IMG/VR virus record: IMGVR_UViG_3300021168_000032 | Location: 1 to 59,068 of that record | Length of the DNA stretch: 59,068 nt | DNA from: a virus | Lineage: Duplodnaviria > Caudoviricetes | Reading direction: 5' to 3' (one strand) | Shown here: positions 49,153-56,808 of the stretch, piece after piece | Numbering within the stretch: the stretch's first letter is position 1 | How the letters are laid out: every line of letters begins with the position of its first letter | Notes under the pieces: generated by a model | Seen by the model: the letters and a program-made list of their open reading frames with translations, nothing else | Told to the model about the DNA's origin: nothing | Databases searched by the model: none | Position numbers and translations under genes: made by a program

Positions 49153-50408
49153 TAATTTAGCTCCCCATCTACCGCAATCATCCCACTCCCTCCATTCTCA
49201 TAAAGGAAGGTAGCCGTCTTCACATTTACCCCTGTCGCGCATCCAATCGTTACTCCCAGCCGAGTAGCAACCATCCCTGGCGTCATCGCCAACCCCGTGC
49301 AAGGCGTAATCCCTCCGGAGTTAGCATCTGTCTGAAACCCCGGAGCAAACGTCACAGAGGGCGTTTTCCCCATTGGCACTGGATACTGAAGAAAGCAATC
49401 TGCCCTCAGTGAAACACTTGCCAGGCAAGGCCCACCAATCACATCCAGTCCCACTCCCTCATTTCTCTGCCAGTAATAAGCCTGCTGCAGCAATGTCTCC
49501 TGATTACCCAGCCGCCAAACAAAAGGCGGTGTCGGCAGCAGCGCAGCCGCATAAGCAGTAAACTGAGAAGCAAAGGGAGCAAGCGCCGGAGCCATTCTCA
49601 GCTGAATGCCCGAGAAATCCATAAAATCACCAGCTCCCGCCGTCCCATTCGGCGTCATACAGAGCACAACCCCCACCTCAGTCGCAGTGGTCGGGACAAG
49701 CCCGACCACTGCAGGCCGTGTAGCTCTCCCAATAAATAAAGGTGAGTACTGAGCTCCCACTACCCTATTTTGCCCAGTCCATCCAACCGACCCGCCTCCA
49801 CCCCCATTGAACCCAAACGCCAGCTTCTGCATCCCCTCATCAGTTCCAGTCCCCGTAATAATATAAATCCCCACCTGGGAAGCGCTTAGATTAGCGCCAC
49901 CAAACACATAAAAATCCAAATCAACAACCTGCCCCTGCAACATCCTACTATTCGCCGAACTAACCTCCTGGGCCATACACATCAAATCGGTTCCAGCCGA
50001 TCCAGCCTGTCTCTGCATCTTATAAGCCGCTGAGAACCCCGGTACCGTAGCAATAGCCGTGAGATCTTGACTAACTGTCATGGGCGTAGCCGCCCCACTC
50101 CAGTAAGCCCACCTATCTGGTCCAAACTCGACCGTCGTCGTCACCGTCGGTCCTGTCGTACCACGCTGGAACAAATTCTGACTCGCATCCCCCGCAATCA
50201 ACCAATTCTGCTGCGGATCAAGCGTCAACACATACGACCCAAGCTGCTGAGTCTTAATCGTCACACTCGGAGGCGCAATCCCAGTATCAGCCGGAACCTT
50301 TTCCTGCCCCGTTAATGGAGGCTGAACTGGTGGCAGTCCTGTGAACACCTGGGCGGAGGCCGCCCAGGTGTTCACAAAAGCAGCTAATACTAACGCTTGT
50401 CGCCGCAC
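49152..50408 (-). CDS. signal-peptide-bearing protein with tail-fibre/carbohydrate-binding-like domain
   Basis: GTG start after AGGAG; MRRQALVLAAFVNTWAASA-Q; NWLIAGD...FQRGT..GPDRW, GIQL, E..L.Q.YYW, YPVPM.KTP. Confidence 0.65.
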   Translation of the reverse strand: MRRQALVLAAFVNTWAASAQVFTGLPPVQPPLTGQEKVPADTGIAPPSVTIKTQQLGSYVLTLDPQQNWLIAGDASQNLFQRGTTGPTVTTTVEFGPDRWAYWSGAATPMTVSQDLTAIATVPGFSAAYKMQRQAGSAGTDLMCMAQEVSSANSRMLQGQVVDLDFYVFGGANLSASQVGIYIITGTGTDEGMQKLAFGFNGGGGGSVGWTGQNRVVGAQYSPLFIGRATRPAVVGLVPTTATEVGVVLCMTPNGTAGAGDFMDFSGIQLRMAPALAPFASQFTAYAAALLPTPPFVWRLGNQETLLQQAYYWQRNEGVGLDVIGGPCLASVSLRADCFLQYPVPMGKTPSVTFAPGFQTDANSGGITPCTGLAMTPGMVATRLGVTIGCATGVNVKTATFLYENGGSGMIAVDGELN

Positions 50409-50728
50409 CTCAACTCCTGCATCGCAGACTTCAGACTCTCCTCCCCTGCCGAAGTCCGACGAGGCGGACTTCGGCAAAGCCTCGAGGTGAAGCCTGACAC
50501 ATCAGGGTTCATGGTGTCGAACGGTTCGTGCGGCACATGCTGATCGTTACTCGAATACACCATATACGAGTCAGGCCCCCTGCTTGCTAACGAACCGGTC
50601 GCCGAGAGCTTCGGTCTCGGATCACCCGCAGGCTTCGACCCACTCTTCGGGCGTGTCCGAATGTTAGGCGTCTTACATTCCGGCTCCTTCTCAGGAGCCG
50701 GAATCCCAATCAGCATGTTCAGCCTCAT
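50390..50728 (-). CDS. hypothetical protein
   Basis: AAGGA RBS; fills gap in operon. Confidence 0.5.
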   Translation of the reverse strand: MRLNMLIGIPAPEKEPECKTPNIRTRPKSGSKPAGDPRPKLSATGSLASRGPDSYMVYSSNDQHVPHEPFDTMNPDVSGFTSRLCRSPPRRTSAGEESLKSAMQELRCGDKR

Positions 50729-50737
50729 AGCAGTTCC

Positions 50738-51379
50738 TTACTTGGGTTCTGGCCTCGGCGGCAGCGGCGGCACATTCTCCGGAATATCGATCACCGCATA
50801 GCGATAACCGACCCCCGAAATCAAAACCAGCGCAATCGCCTTCCCAGCCGGAATTTGGGGAGGCAATGGCGGCCAGACCGTCCCCGGAGGCGGATCTGTC
50901 GGAGGCGGCTCAATCCCTTCAACCGGTGGCAGCTCATTATCCGGATGAGCCGGGTCCATAGGCCAGATCGGCAGCCCATGTTCCGGATGCTCACCCCCAC
51001 CACCAACTCCCCAGTCCGGATCAACCGGCAATCCACCACCCGGAGGCTTTGGCCAAACATGAGGCGGCCTCGGCGGCCTATTCCCTACATGCGGCGGCCT
51101 TCCAGGCCACACCGGCAGCCCCTGATCCGGATACTCAGCACCACCTCCCCAACCCCAGTCTGGATCGACTGGTCGTCCAGGCCTCACCGGCCCTTGATCT
51201 GGCCGACCCGGCCAAGAGCCAGGCGGCCTATTACCAACATGAGGCGGCCTCCCACCAGGGATACCATAGCCGGGGTCCACACCCTCATCCACGCCGTAGT
51301 CGGGATCGACTGGCCTTCCATCCCAACCAATACTCGGACGCTCAACAAACCTGATATAAGCCCAGGAACCTTTTGCCAT
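50738..51379 (-). CDS. proline-rich repeat protein
   Basis: Repeats PVDPD(Y/W)G, GRPPHVGNRPP, (Y/H)P(D/E)..LP; AAGGAG RBS. Confidence 0.75.
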   Translation of the reverse strand: MAKGSWAYIRFVERPSIGWDGRPVDPDYGVDEGVDPGYGIPGGRPPHVGNRPPGSWPGRPDQGPVRPGRPVDPDWGWGGGAEYPDQGLPVWPGRPPHVGNRPPRPPHVWPKPPGGGLPVDPDWGVGGGGEHPEHGLPIWPMDPAHPDNELPPVEGIEPPPTDPPPGTVWPPLPPQIPAGKAIALVLISGVGYRYAVIDIPENVPPLPPRPEPK

Positions 51380-51418
51380 GCTTTCTCTCCTTAAATTGGC
51401 TACCAAATTGCAGCCAAA

Positions 51419-51595
51419 CTATGAAACAACTGGGCCGAATACCTGCCAACCGAGCAAGCCAAACAGCACAAACTCAATAATGCCGCCGCCTGCCATATGG
51501 GAGGCCAAAGGCCCACCAAATCCGCCGAAATTAACTCCGGCCCAGATCAGTACACAGATGACCCAGATCACCCAAAATAGCAGGCCTTTCGGCAT
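51419..51595 (-). CDS. small 2-TM membrane protein (58 aa, not in ORF track)
   Basis: MPKGLLFWVIWVICVLIWAG...IIEFVLFGLLGWQVFGPVVS; GAGG RBS. Confidence 0.75.
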   Translation of the reverse strand: MPKGLLFWVIWVICVLIWAGVNFGGFGGPLASHMAGGGIIEFVLFGLLGWQVFGPVVS

Positions 51596-51644
51596 GAGTC
51601 AGCCCTCACTTCGTTCGGGCTGCCTCAGCAGCCCTGATGCTACA

Positions 51645-51950
51645 TCACCGACCGTGTCTGGATTTCGGGTGCATCCCAGCAAGCGGCTCATGCCGATCAT
51701 GGTGACTCTTCCCATGATGCGGCCCATGGTCCGAGTGCTTATACGGATGCTGAGAATGCAGCTCATCTACTGCACCTCCCAAATCCTTCCCCTTATGCGG
51801 ATCACTCGTCACTTCCATCCGGCCGTCACCCCAAGCCCTATTGGAGTATTTCTTCTCCTGTCCAGGCCCACCTCTCGCCGGAGCGTGATGCCCTGACCTG
51901 GGCTCATGTTCCTGCGCCCTATTCTGCTCTCTTTCCTTACCACTTGCCAT
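51645..51950 (-). CDS. His-rich hydrophilic protein
   Basis: AGGAG RBS in hairpin arm. Confidence 0.65.
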   Translation of the reverse strand: MASGKEREQNRAQEHEPRSGHHAPARGGPGQEKKYSNRAWGDGRMEVTSDPHKGKDLGGAVDELHSQHPYKHSDHGPHHGKSHHDRHEPLAGMHPKSRHGR

Positions 51951-52030
51951 CGTAGTCTCCTGTTGGAGCCCTTTGGGCTCCAACAGGAGCCTACAGGGCA
52001 GTTGCTTTAAGATAGCGAAGCTCTGCTTCG

Positions 52031-52222
52031 CTATCTTAAACCTTTCATTGGTCCAGTTGGAATTTCCTCAGCCACTTTCTTCGCCTTCTTACCGAGGCCT
52101 GCAGCCTTCATCTTCCCTCCTCTCCGTCTAAATGGACTCTCGGCAGCCCCTAACGGCTCCGCCTTCATTGAGGGCGGCGTCTGCATTGGCCGCTTCCCGC
52201 CCATCAACAGATTCTTAACCAT
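52031..52222 (-). CDS. small basic protein
   Basis: AAGGAGG RBS. Confidence 0.55.
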   Translation of the reverse strand: MVKNLLMGGKRPMQTPPSMKAEPLGAAESPFRRRGGKMKAAGLGKKAKKVAEEIPTGPMKGLR

Positions 52223-52721
52223 ATTTCAGCTCCTCCTTCAGCAGTGGCACTCCTCCGATATGGTGCCACACCGGACAGAACGGCGGATTAATTTCCATGC
52301 CCAATTGGATCGTCTCTTTCAGAGACGATCCAATTGGACGAGCAGTATCCCGCGTCAGATATTTGCAAACCACAATAGGTAATATCTGTGACTTAGGCAT
52401 CTGGAGCGCCATTGCCACCACGGGAATATACAGCCCATGCAGCTGCTCTTCAGCCTCCAAAGTCCACGTCAGCTTGCTCTCCAACAGAATGGCCCACTGC
52501 TTAGCTTTCCCAAAGAAATCCGTCTGACACACTCCCACCCCTGCATCATCCTTAAATTCCCACCACATCCCATACCGAAACTTCGTCCCCAGTCCCTTCG
52601 CCAGCGCCCTCTCATACCTAATTCCTTCCCCCCGCACATTTTTCCCTGCCCTCGAGAAAGGAATAAACGCAGGCTTCCCCTCAATCTGCCTTGCCCACCT
52701 CAACCCACTCACCTGCCTCAC
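52215..52721 (-). CDS. putative PD-(D/E)XK nuclease (resolvase-like)
   Basis: G.RYE, CQTDF, LLESKLT, A..QL..LY. Confidence 0.55.
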   Translation of the reverse strand: MRQVSGLRWARQIEGKPAFIPFSRAGKNVRGEGIRYERALAKGLGTKFRYGMWWEFKDDAGVGVCQTDFFGKAKQWAILLESKLTWTLEAEEQLHGLYIPVVAMALQMPKSQILPIVVCKYLTRDTARPIGSSLKETIQLGMEINPPFCPVWHHIGGVPLLKEELKYG

Positions 52722-52924
52722 TTCGGCGGCTCCTCATGGTCACCACTCTTCTTACTAAACCAGTATCCCATAATAACCGCACTTACCGCCGGAATAGTAA
52801 GAAGCAACTTATCCACTACTTTCTCGCTATGAATAACTTCCATTCCCATAAGCACTAACGCAGTCATTGCCATAATTGCCCATATCACTGTAATAATAAA
52901 ATCAGGCTTCAGCAGATTTTTCAC
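52718..52924 (-). CDS. putative holin (2 TM)
   Basis: GTG start; two TM segments ending IMGYWFS; adjacent to endolysin. Confidence 0.6.
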   Translation of the reverse strand: MKNLLKPDFIITVIWAIMAMTALVLMGMEVIHSEKVVDKLLLTIPAVSAVIMGYWFSKKSGDHEEPPK

Positions 52925-53603
52925 TTTTTCCCCCCACACCCGGTCTCGGCATGTGGGCTGCCTCCGGCAGCCCAGGCAACTCTTCCTCAATCATCATCAC
53001 ATCCACCGGCACCTGCCTAAGAGCATTCTTAAACTTCCAGTAGTATCCAGCGATCAGGTCCATCTTATCCGTCCCATTCACAATCCGCCTCGCATTCACG
53101 GGATCTTCAATACCCTTCGATTTGGACAAATACTTAGGCAGGCCGACACCTGTGAACCACCCATAGACCATACCATCATAACTAACCAGCGCACTAGTCT
53201 GCGAGTGCAGCATCAGATGTGCCTCGGGATGAATATTAGCATGGACATTATAGCGCTCCCTAAGAAATTTCTGCCCATTCTTATAATTCTCCTCCCACGT
53301 CAGTTGCACATGTCCGCGCCCATAATAACATTGCCCATACGGCCCGACAGGCTTACCATAAGACTTGCCTGATCCCTTACCATATTCCTCAATAGGCTGC
53401 ATAGTATAGGCAGTTTCATGGTAAAATGTGGCCAGCGCATAAGCCAGCCACATCGTACCATCATTCGGATTATTCTTCTCAAAATGCTGCTCCCACACCT
53501 CAAGCAGATAATTCATGCCATCCACTTGGCTCTGCGTGAGCGTACCACCAAACAGATCTTTCCGCACCGTATCAAAATAGTACTTTCTCTCGTAAGGCAT
53601 CAT
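52902..53603 (-). CDS. endolysin, glycoside hydrolase family 19
   Basis: LAY.LAT.YHET..TMQPIEE.G, YYGRGHVQLTW..NY, ARRIVNGTD. Confidence 0.88.
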   Translation of the reverse strand: MMPYERKYYFDTVRKDLFGGTLTQSQVDGMNYLLEVWEQHFEKNNPNDGTMWLAYALATFYHETAYTMQPIEEYGKGSGKSYGKPVGPYGQCYYGRGHVQLTWEENYKNGQKFLRERYNVHANIHPEAHLMLHSQTSALVSYDGMVYGWFTGVGLPKYLSKSKGIEDPVNARRIVNGTDKMDLIAGYYWKFKNALRQVPVDVMMIEEELPGLPEAAHMPRPGVGGKSEKSAEA

Positions 53604-53610
53604 GCGCCCC

Positions 53611-54492
53611 TTAACTGGTTGGGCATGGACAAGTTCCTGGCGCCTGCTCAGTAAGTGTATTCCCATTAATCAGGATAAAATTACCGCCACTCCCCTTATT
53701 AGTAAGAAAATTAATCGGCGGTCCCACCACTGTCAAATATATCGGAGGTGGAGATCCAAATGGGGCAGACCCATCTGTCCCCAAATTAGCCGCACTCAAA
53801 TCCGCGTTAATAAACTTCCTCCTATTAGAAACCACAGTCAAATCAACAAAACTAGCCGTAGAGGATGCCCAAACATTTCCCATCGCAGGAGCCAATATAT
53901 TCACCCCGGCAATCATCAGAACAGCCCCAGCTGGGCCATCCTGCATCATCCCAGATCCAATCCATCCTCCACTCATAATCCCCAGAGGCGCATCATTAGC
54001 ATAGACCTGCATCACTTGTGCAACCGAATCAACTGAGAAAATAACATTCCACATCTGATTAACTGGCAAATGATAAGTCCCATTAAAGAATACGGTAGAC
54101 AGAAAATTATTTCCAACCTCAAGCGCAAAAGTAGGGGCGCCTCCTCCCAGCACAGTCGAAATCTGCTTATTAATAAATTCAGTGGCATTAAAGCCTATAT
54201 CAGTCGTATGAGTGGCATCAGCTGGACAGCAGAACCAAGCAGAGTACAAAAAGTATCTAAAACTACTCGGAAACAGTCCCTGCAAACTAGATTGCAACCC
54301 ACCCCCATTCTGATTAAACTGAACGAGCGGCACCGGGTTAACCGTCGGCGTGCAAGTCGGCCCAGTAGGCGGAACGACAGGTGCATCAGCGACAGAGGAG
54401 CATAGTTGTTTAGCAGCTCTAGCTTTACCTGCGACAAGCGCAGGTAAAGCTAGAAGACCAGCAGCCGTATCTCTTCTATTTAGGAGGCGCAT
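53611..54492 (-). CDS. exported beta-rich (LamG/ConA-like) protein with Tat-like signal
   Basis: MRLLNRRDTAAGLLALPALVAGKARA-A; YSAWF, W.VIFSVD, QVYAND, NKGSGGNF; six Cys. Confidence 0.6.
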   Translation of the reverse strand: MRLLNRRDTAAGLLALPALVAGKARAAKQLCSSVADAPVVPPTGPTCTPTVNPVPLVQFNQNGGGLQSSLQGLFPSSFRYFLYSAWFCCPADATHTTDIGFNATEFINKQISTVLGGGAPTFALEVGNNFLSTVFFNGTYHLPVNQMWNVIFSVDSVAQVMQVYANDAPLGIMSGGWIGSGMMQDGPAGAVLMIAGVNILAPAMGNVWASSTASFVDLTVVSNRRKFINADLSAANLGTDGSAPFGSPPPIYLTVVGPPINFLTNKGSGGNFILINGNTLTEQAPGTCPCPTS

Positions 54493-54721
54493 GATCTGGG
54501 GCCTTGTCAGGCCCCAGAGCAGGAGCAGCTTTTTCAGCTTTAATCCTGTCTAGTTCCCGCTGCAGTTTAATGATTGTCACGTAGGCGTTTGCCACCTTAT
54601 CCAGCGCTTCCTCCCTCTGCTGCCTCAGCGCTTGTATCACATCATTGGACTCCTGTGCTTGCACAGGAGTCCAAAATACAGCTAACAAAATGAGAAAGCT
54701 CGTCTTTCTCATTTTGTTCAT
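54476..54721 (-). CDS. small secreted coiled-coil protein
   Basis: MRKTSFLILLAVFWTPVQA-Q followed by heptad helix. Confidence 0.65.
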   Translation of the reverse strand: MNKMRKTSFLILLAVFWTPVQAQESNDVIQALRQQREEALDKVANAYVTIIKLQRELDRIKAEKAAPALGPDKAPDHAPPK

Positions 54722-55899
54722 TTCAGCTTGACATGCGCAGCAGTTGCAAGCTCGTTCACTTCCCTCTCCAGCGTCTGCACCTCAGTTTCAATGGCAGGGA
54801 TCTTGGCCACATTTTTATGTGCATTGACAACCTGCGTCTGCACCTCCACCTGAGCCGCCTGAATTTCTGCCTGCGTAGAAGTCGCCGACAGCGTCCCTGC
54901 TCCCAAGAAGACGTCCCAGGCTGCAACTTGCCCACTCATCCAAGCCGAAATCGCATGACCAGTCCCTCCCGGCACCGGATCAATCCCAACCTCTATATTA
55001 TAGATTGAGGAAGAGCCAACGCAGAGTGGCAACGTCCCACCAGTCCTATCATGACAGACTGCTGTTCCCCCACCTGGCAACCCAGTAATGGTCCCCGTAA
55101 AAGTTGGATTATTCCATGTCCCCCCATTAATAGTCGGATTATTAATAGTGGGATTATTCTCCGCAACCAGCGGCCCAGTCCCATCCAGCGGCAAGGCCAG
55201 GGCAGCGGCTACGCCGCTACCCAGCCCCGTCAGTGTACTGACTGATCCGGCTGGTGGAGTTCCCCAAGTGGGCGCTCCGGACGCATTTCCAAACAGCACC
55301 TGGGAAGAGTTACCTAGCGGCAGACCACCAAATATACCATTGTTATTATACTGGAGGGCGCCATTGGCTCCAAGAGGAATGGTTCCGCCGCCCACACAAT
55401 TATACCCGCCAGTAAGCTGATCCCAAATAAGATTGCTGTTGACATCGTACACCATCTGCCGATAAATGCCCGACCCCCAGATGAGCGCCTCTCCAGACCC
55501 ATTCAGCACAATCGGGTTAGGATTCACAATGGTCTGGTAGGGATCTTGCCACGTCGTCTTAGGAGTGGTCGTTCCCGGAGTATAGAAAAAGACTATCCCA
55601 TTCGACAGCGGTTTCCCATTCGCATCCGAAAACTGTGTATACCCATTCGGAATAATAACTGCCGTGGGTGTTTGGGAGTGTGCTTCGCACACTCCCAAAA
55701 CCCACAAACCACCAAACAACAGGAGAGAAGCTCCCCTTCTTCTTTGCGCGCCGTTCAAAGAACGGCGCGCAAAGGTCGGAGTCTGAGCCTCACTCACTGA
55801 GGGGATCAAAAATGAAGCCCAGACTCCTAATGAGGCGGCTAGAAGGGCAGGGGCTTGCCGCCTCAATGAAACGGAGACGGCGCTGAAGCGCCGTCTCAT
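54718..55899 (-). CDS. tailspike/fibre with P22-type head-binding-like domain, preceded by signal peptide(s)
   Basis: PNG.TQFSDANGKPL.NG.VFFY.PGTTTPKTTWQD....NPNPIVL...GEA.IWGSG.YRQ.V.D.N.NLIWDQ; ALQYNN.G.FGG; C-terminal coiled coil. Confidence 0.75.
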   Translation of the reverse strand: MRRRFSAVSVSLRRQAPALLAASLGVWASFLIPSVSEAQTPTFARRSLNGAQRRRGASLLLFGGLWVLGVCEAHSQTPTAVIIPNGYTQFSDANGKPLSNGIVFFYTPGTTTPKTTWQDPYQTIVNPNPIVLNGSGEALIWGSGIYRQMVYDVNSNLIWDQLTGGYNCVGGGTIPLGANGALQYNNNGIFGGLPLGNSSQVLFGNASGAPTWGTPPAGSVSTLTGLGSGVAAALALPLDGTGPLVAENNPTINNPTINGGTWNNPTFTGTITGLPGGGTAVCHDRTGGTLPLCVGSSSIYNIEVGIDPVPGGTGHAISAWMSGQVAAWDVFLGAGTLSATSTQAEIQAAQVEVQTQVVNAHKNVAKIPAIETEVQTLEREVNELATAAHVKLK

Positions 55900-55919
55900 A
55901 GCGAATATCCTATAGTCAT

Positions 55920-56291
55920 CTATCCGCCATTAACTGGTAAGGGGTTGGCCGTGCTTACTGGCACACATGAGTAGACCGTGGAGCCATTCACAACCTGCGA
56001 CCGCTGCACGCAAATATTCAGCGGGTTCGTCCCAGGAGCCGAGGCTGTTCCGCTGCCCGAAGAGGTCACCGGCAGTCGGTTACTGCTGGAGATGGGCACA
56101 CAGGAGGTGGTCTTCACTCCATTCGTGACCGTGCTCACCTGGAAACAGAGGGTAATCAGCTTCTGGCTTTGCGCCGTTGGCGCAAAGCCAAGAGCAACTC
56201 CCAACAAGATGAAAAGGGCTATGTCTTTGACTAGGCTCAGCCTGACGCGCCGCACAATGTGCGGCGCGTCAGCAATGCGTGATGATGCCAT
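55920..56291 (-). CDS. secreted protein with two C-x13-CVP(I/V)S..N.LPV repeats
   Basis: h-region IALFILLGVALGFAPTAQS; duplicated Cys-pair motif. Confidence 0.7.
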   Translation of the reverse strand: MASSRIADAPHIVRRVRLSLVKDIALFILLGVALGFAPTAQSQKLITLCFQVSTVTNGVKTTSCVPISSSNRLPVTSSGSGTASAPGTNPLNICVQRSQVVNGSTVYSCVPVSTANPLPVNGG

Positions 56292-56808
56292 TGGTGACCA
56301 CAGTGGTTGCAGGCGTCAGAATACCAGCTGCGCAAGAGACACCAGGAAGACTGTTCGCTGTGAAAGAGAGGGCAGACATAACCCCAGTCAGTGTCAGACT
56401 GGTGCCCACCGCCGCACCTGCCGGAGCGATGGTCGCGCCATTACTCATCAGGAGCTGACCTGCCGTGAAGCCCGACGTAGGCGTAGTGCCAGCTGTCAAA
56501 GTGGCAGTGGAAGTCCCTAACACACTCACCGGGAGAGGGGTGGATGCACTCACTGGCACGCAGGAGGTGGTCGCAATCCCATTCACCAGCGTGGTGATCG
56601 CCAGACACAGGGACGCAGACTGTTGGGATTGGGCTGGACAAGCCAGCCCAATTCCAAAAAGCGAGATAACTGCGAGAATAGTTAGCTTTACGCGCCCAAC
56701 TAAAGTTGGGCTGCCATCCAGCTTTACGCGCCGTCCTAAAGGACGGCGCGTAGCAGAGAACAGCCCTTTAGATTTGGGCTGAACGAAGTGAAGCCCAAAT
56801 CTAATCAT
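56269..56808 (-). CDS. secreted protein with the same Cys-pair motif and fibre-like C-terminus
   Basis: ILAVISLFGIGLACPAQS; LCLAI...SCVPVSASTPLPV; ends VTNGIITHC. Confidence 0.65.
   Translation of the reverse strand: MIRFGLHFVQPKSKGLFSATRRPLGRRVKLDGSPTLVGRVKLTILAVISLFGIGLACPAQSQQSASLCLAITTLVNGIATTSCVPVSASTPLPVSVLGTSTATLTAGTTPTSGFTAGQLLMSNGATIAPAGAAVGTSLTLTGVMSALSFTANSLPGVSCAAGILTPATTVVTNGIITHC

Noticed and set aside
2225-52040. Calling all junction hairpins rho-independent terminators
   Set aside because: No U-tracts, located within tightly packed operons or coding sequence, and loop orientation is mixed
54476-54721. Spanin call for the small coiled-coil protein
   Set aside because: Appears to have a cleavable AQ-type signal and no lipobox partner gene; left as a secreted coiled-coil protein
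23263-55886. Many long + strand ORFs antisense to structural genes (e.g. 38001-39017, 46209-47126, 32096-32938)
   Set aside because: Pro/Leu/Ile/His/Arg-rich shadow frames produced by strand bias; no RBS or motifs; they fully overlap well-supported genes
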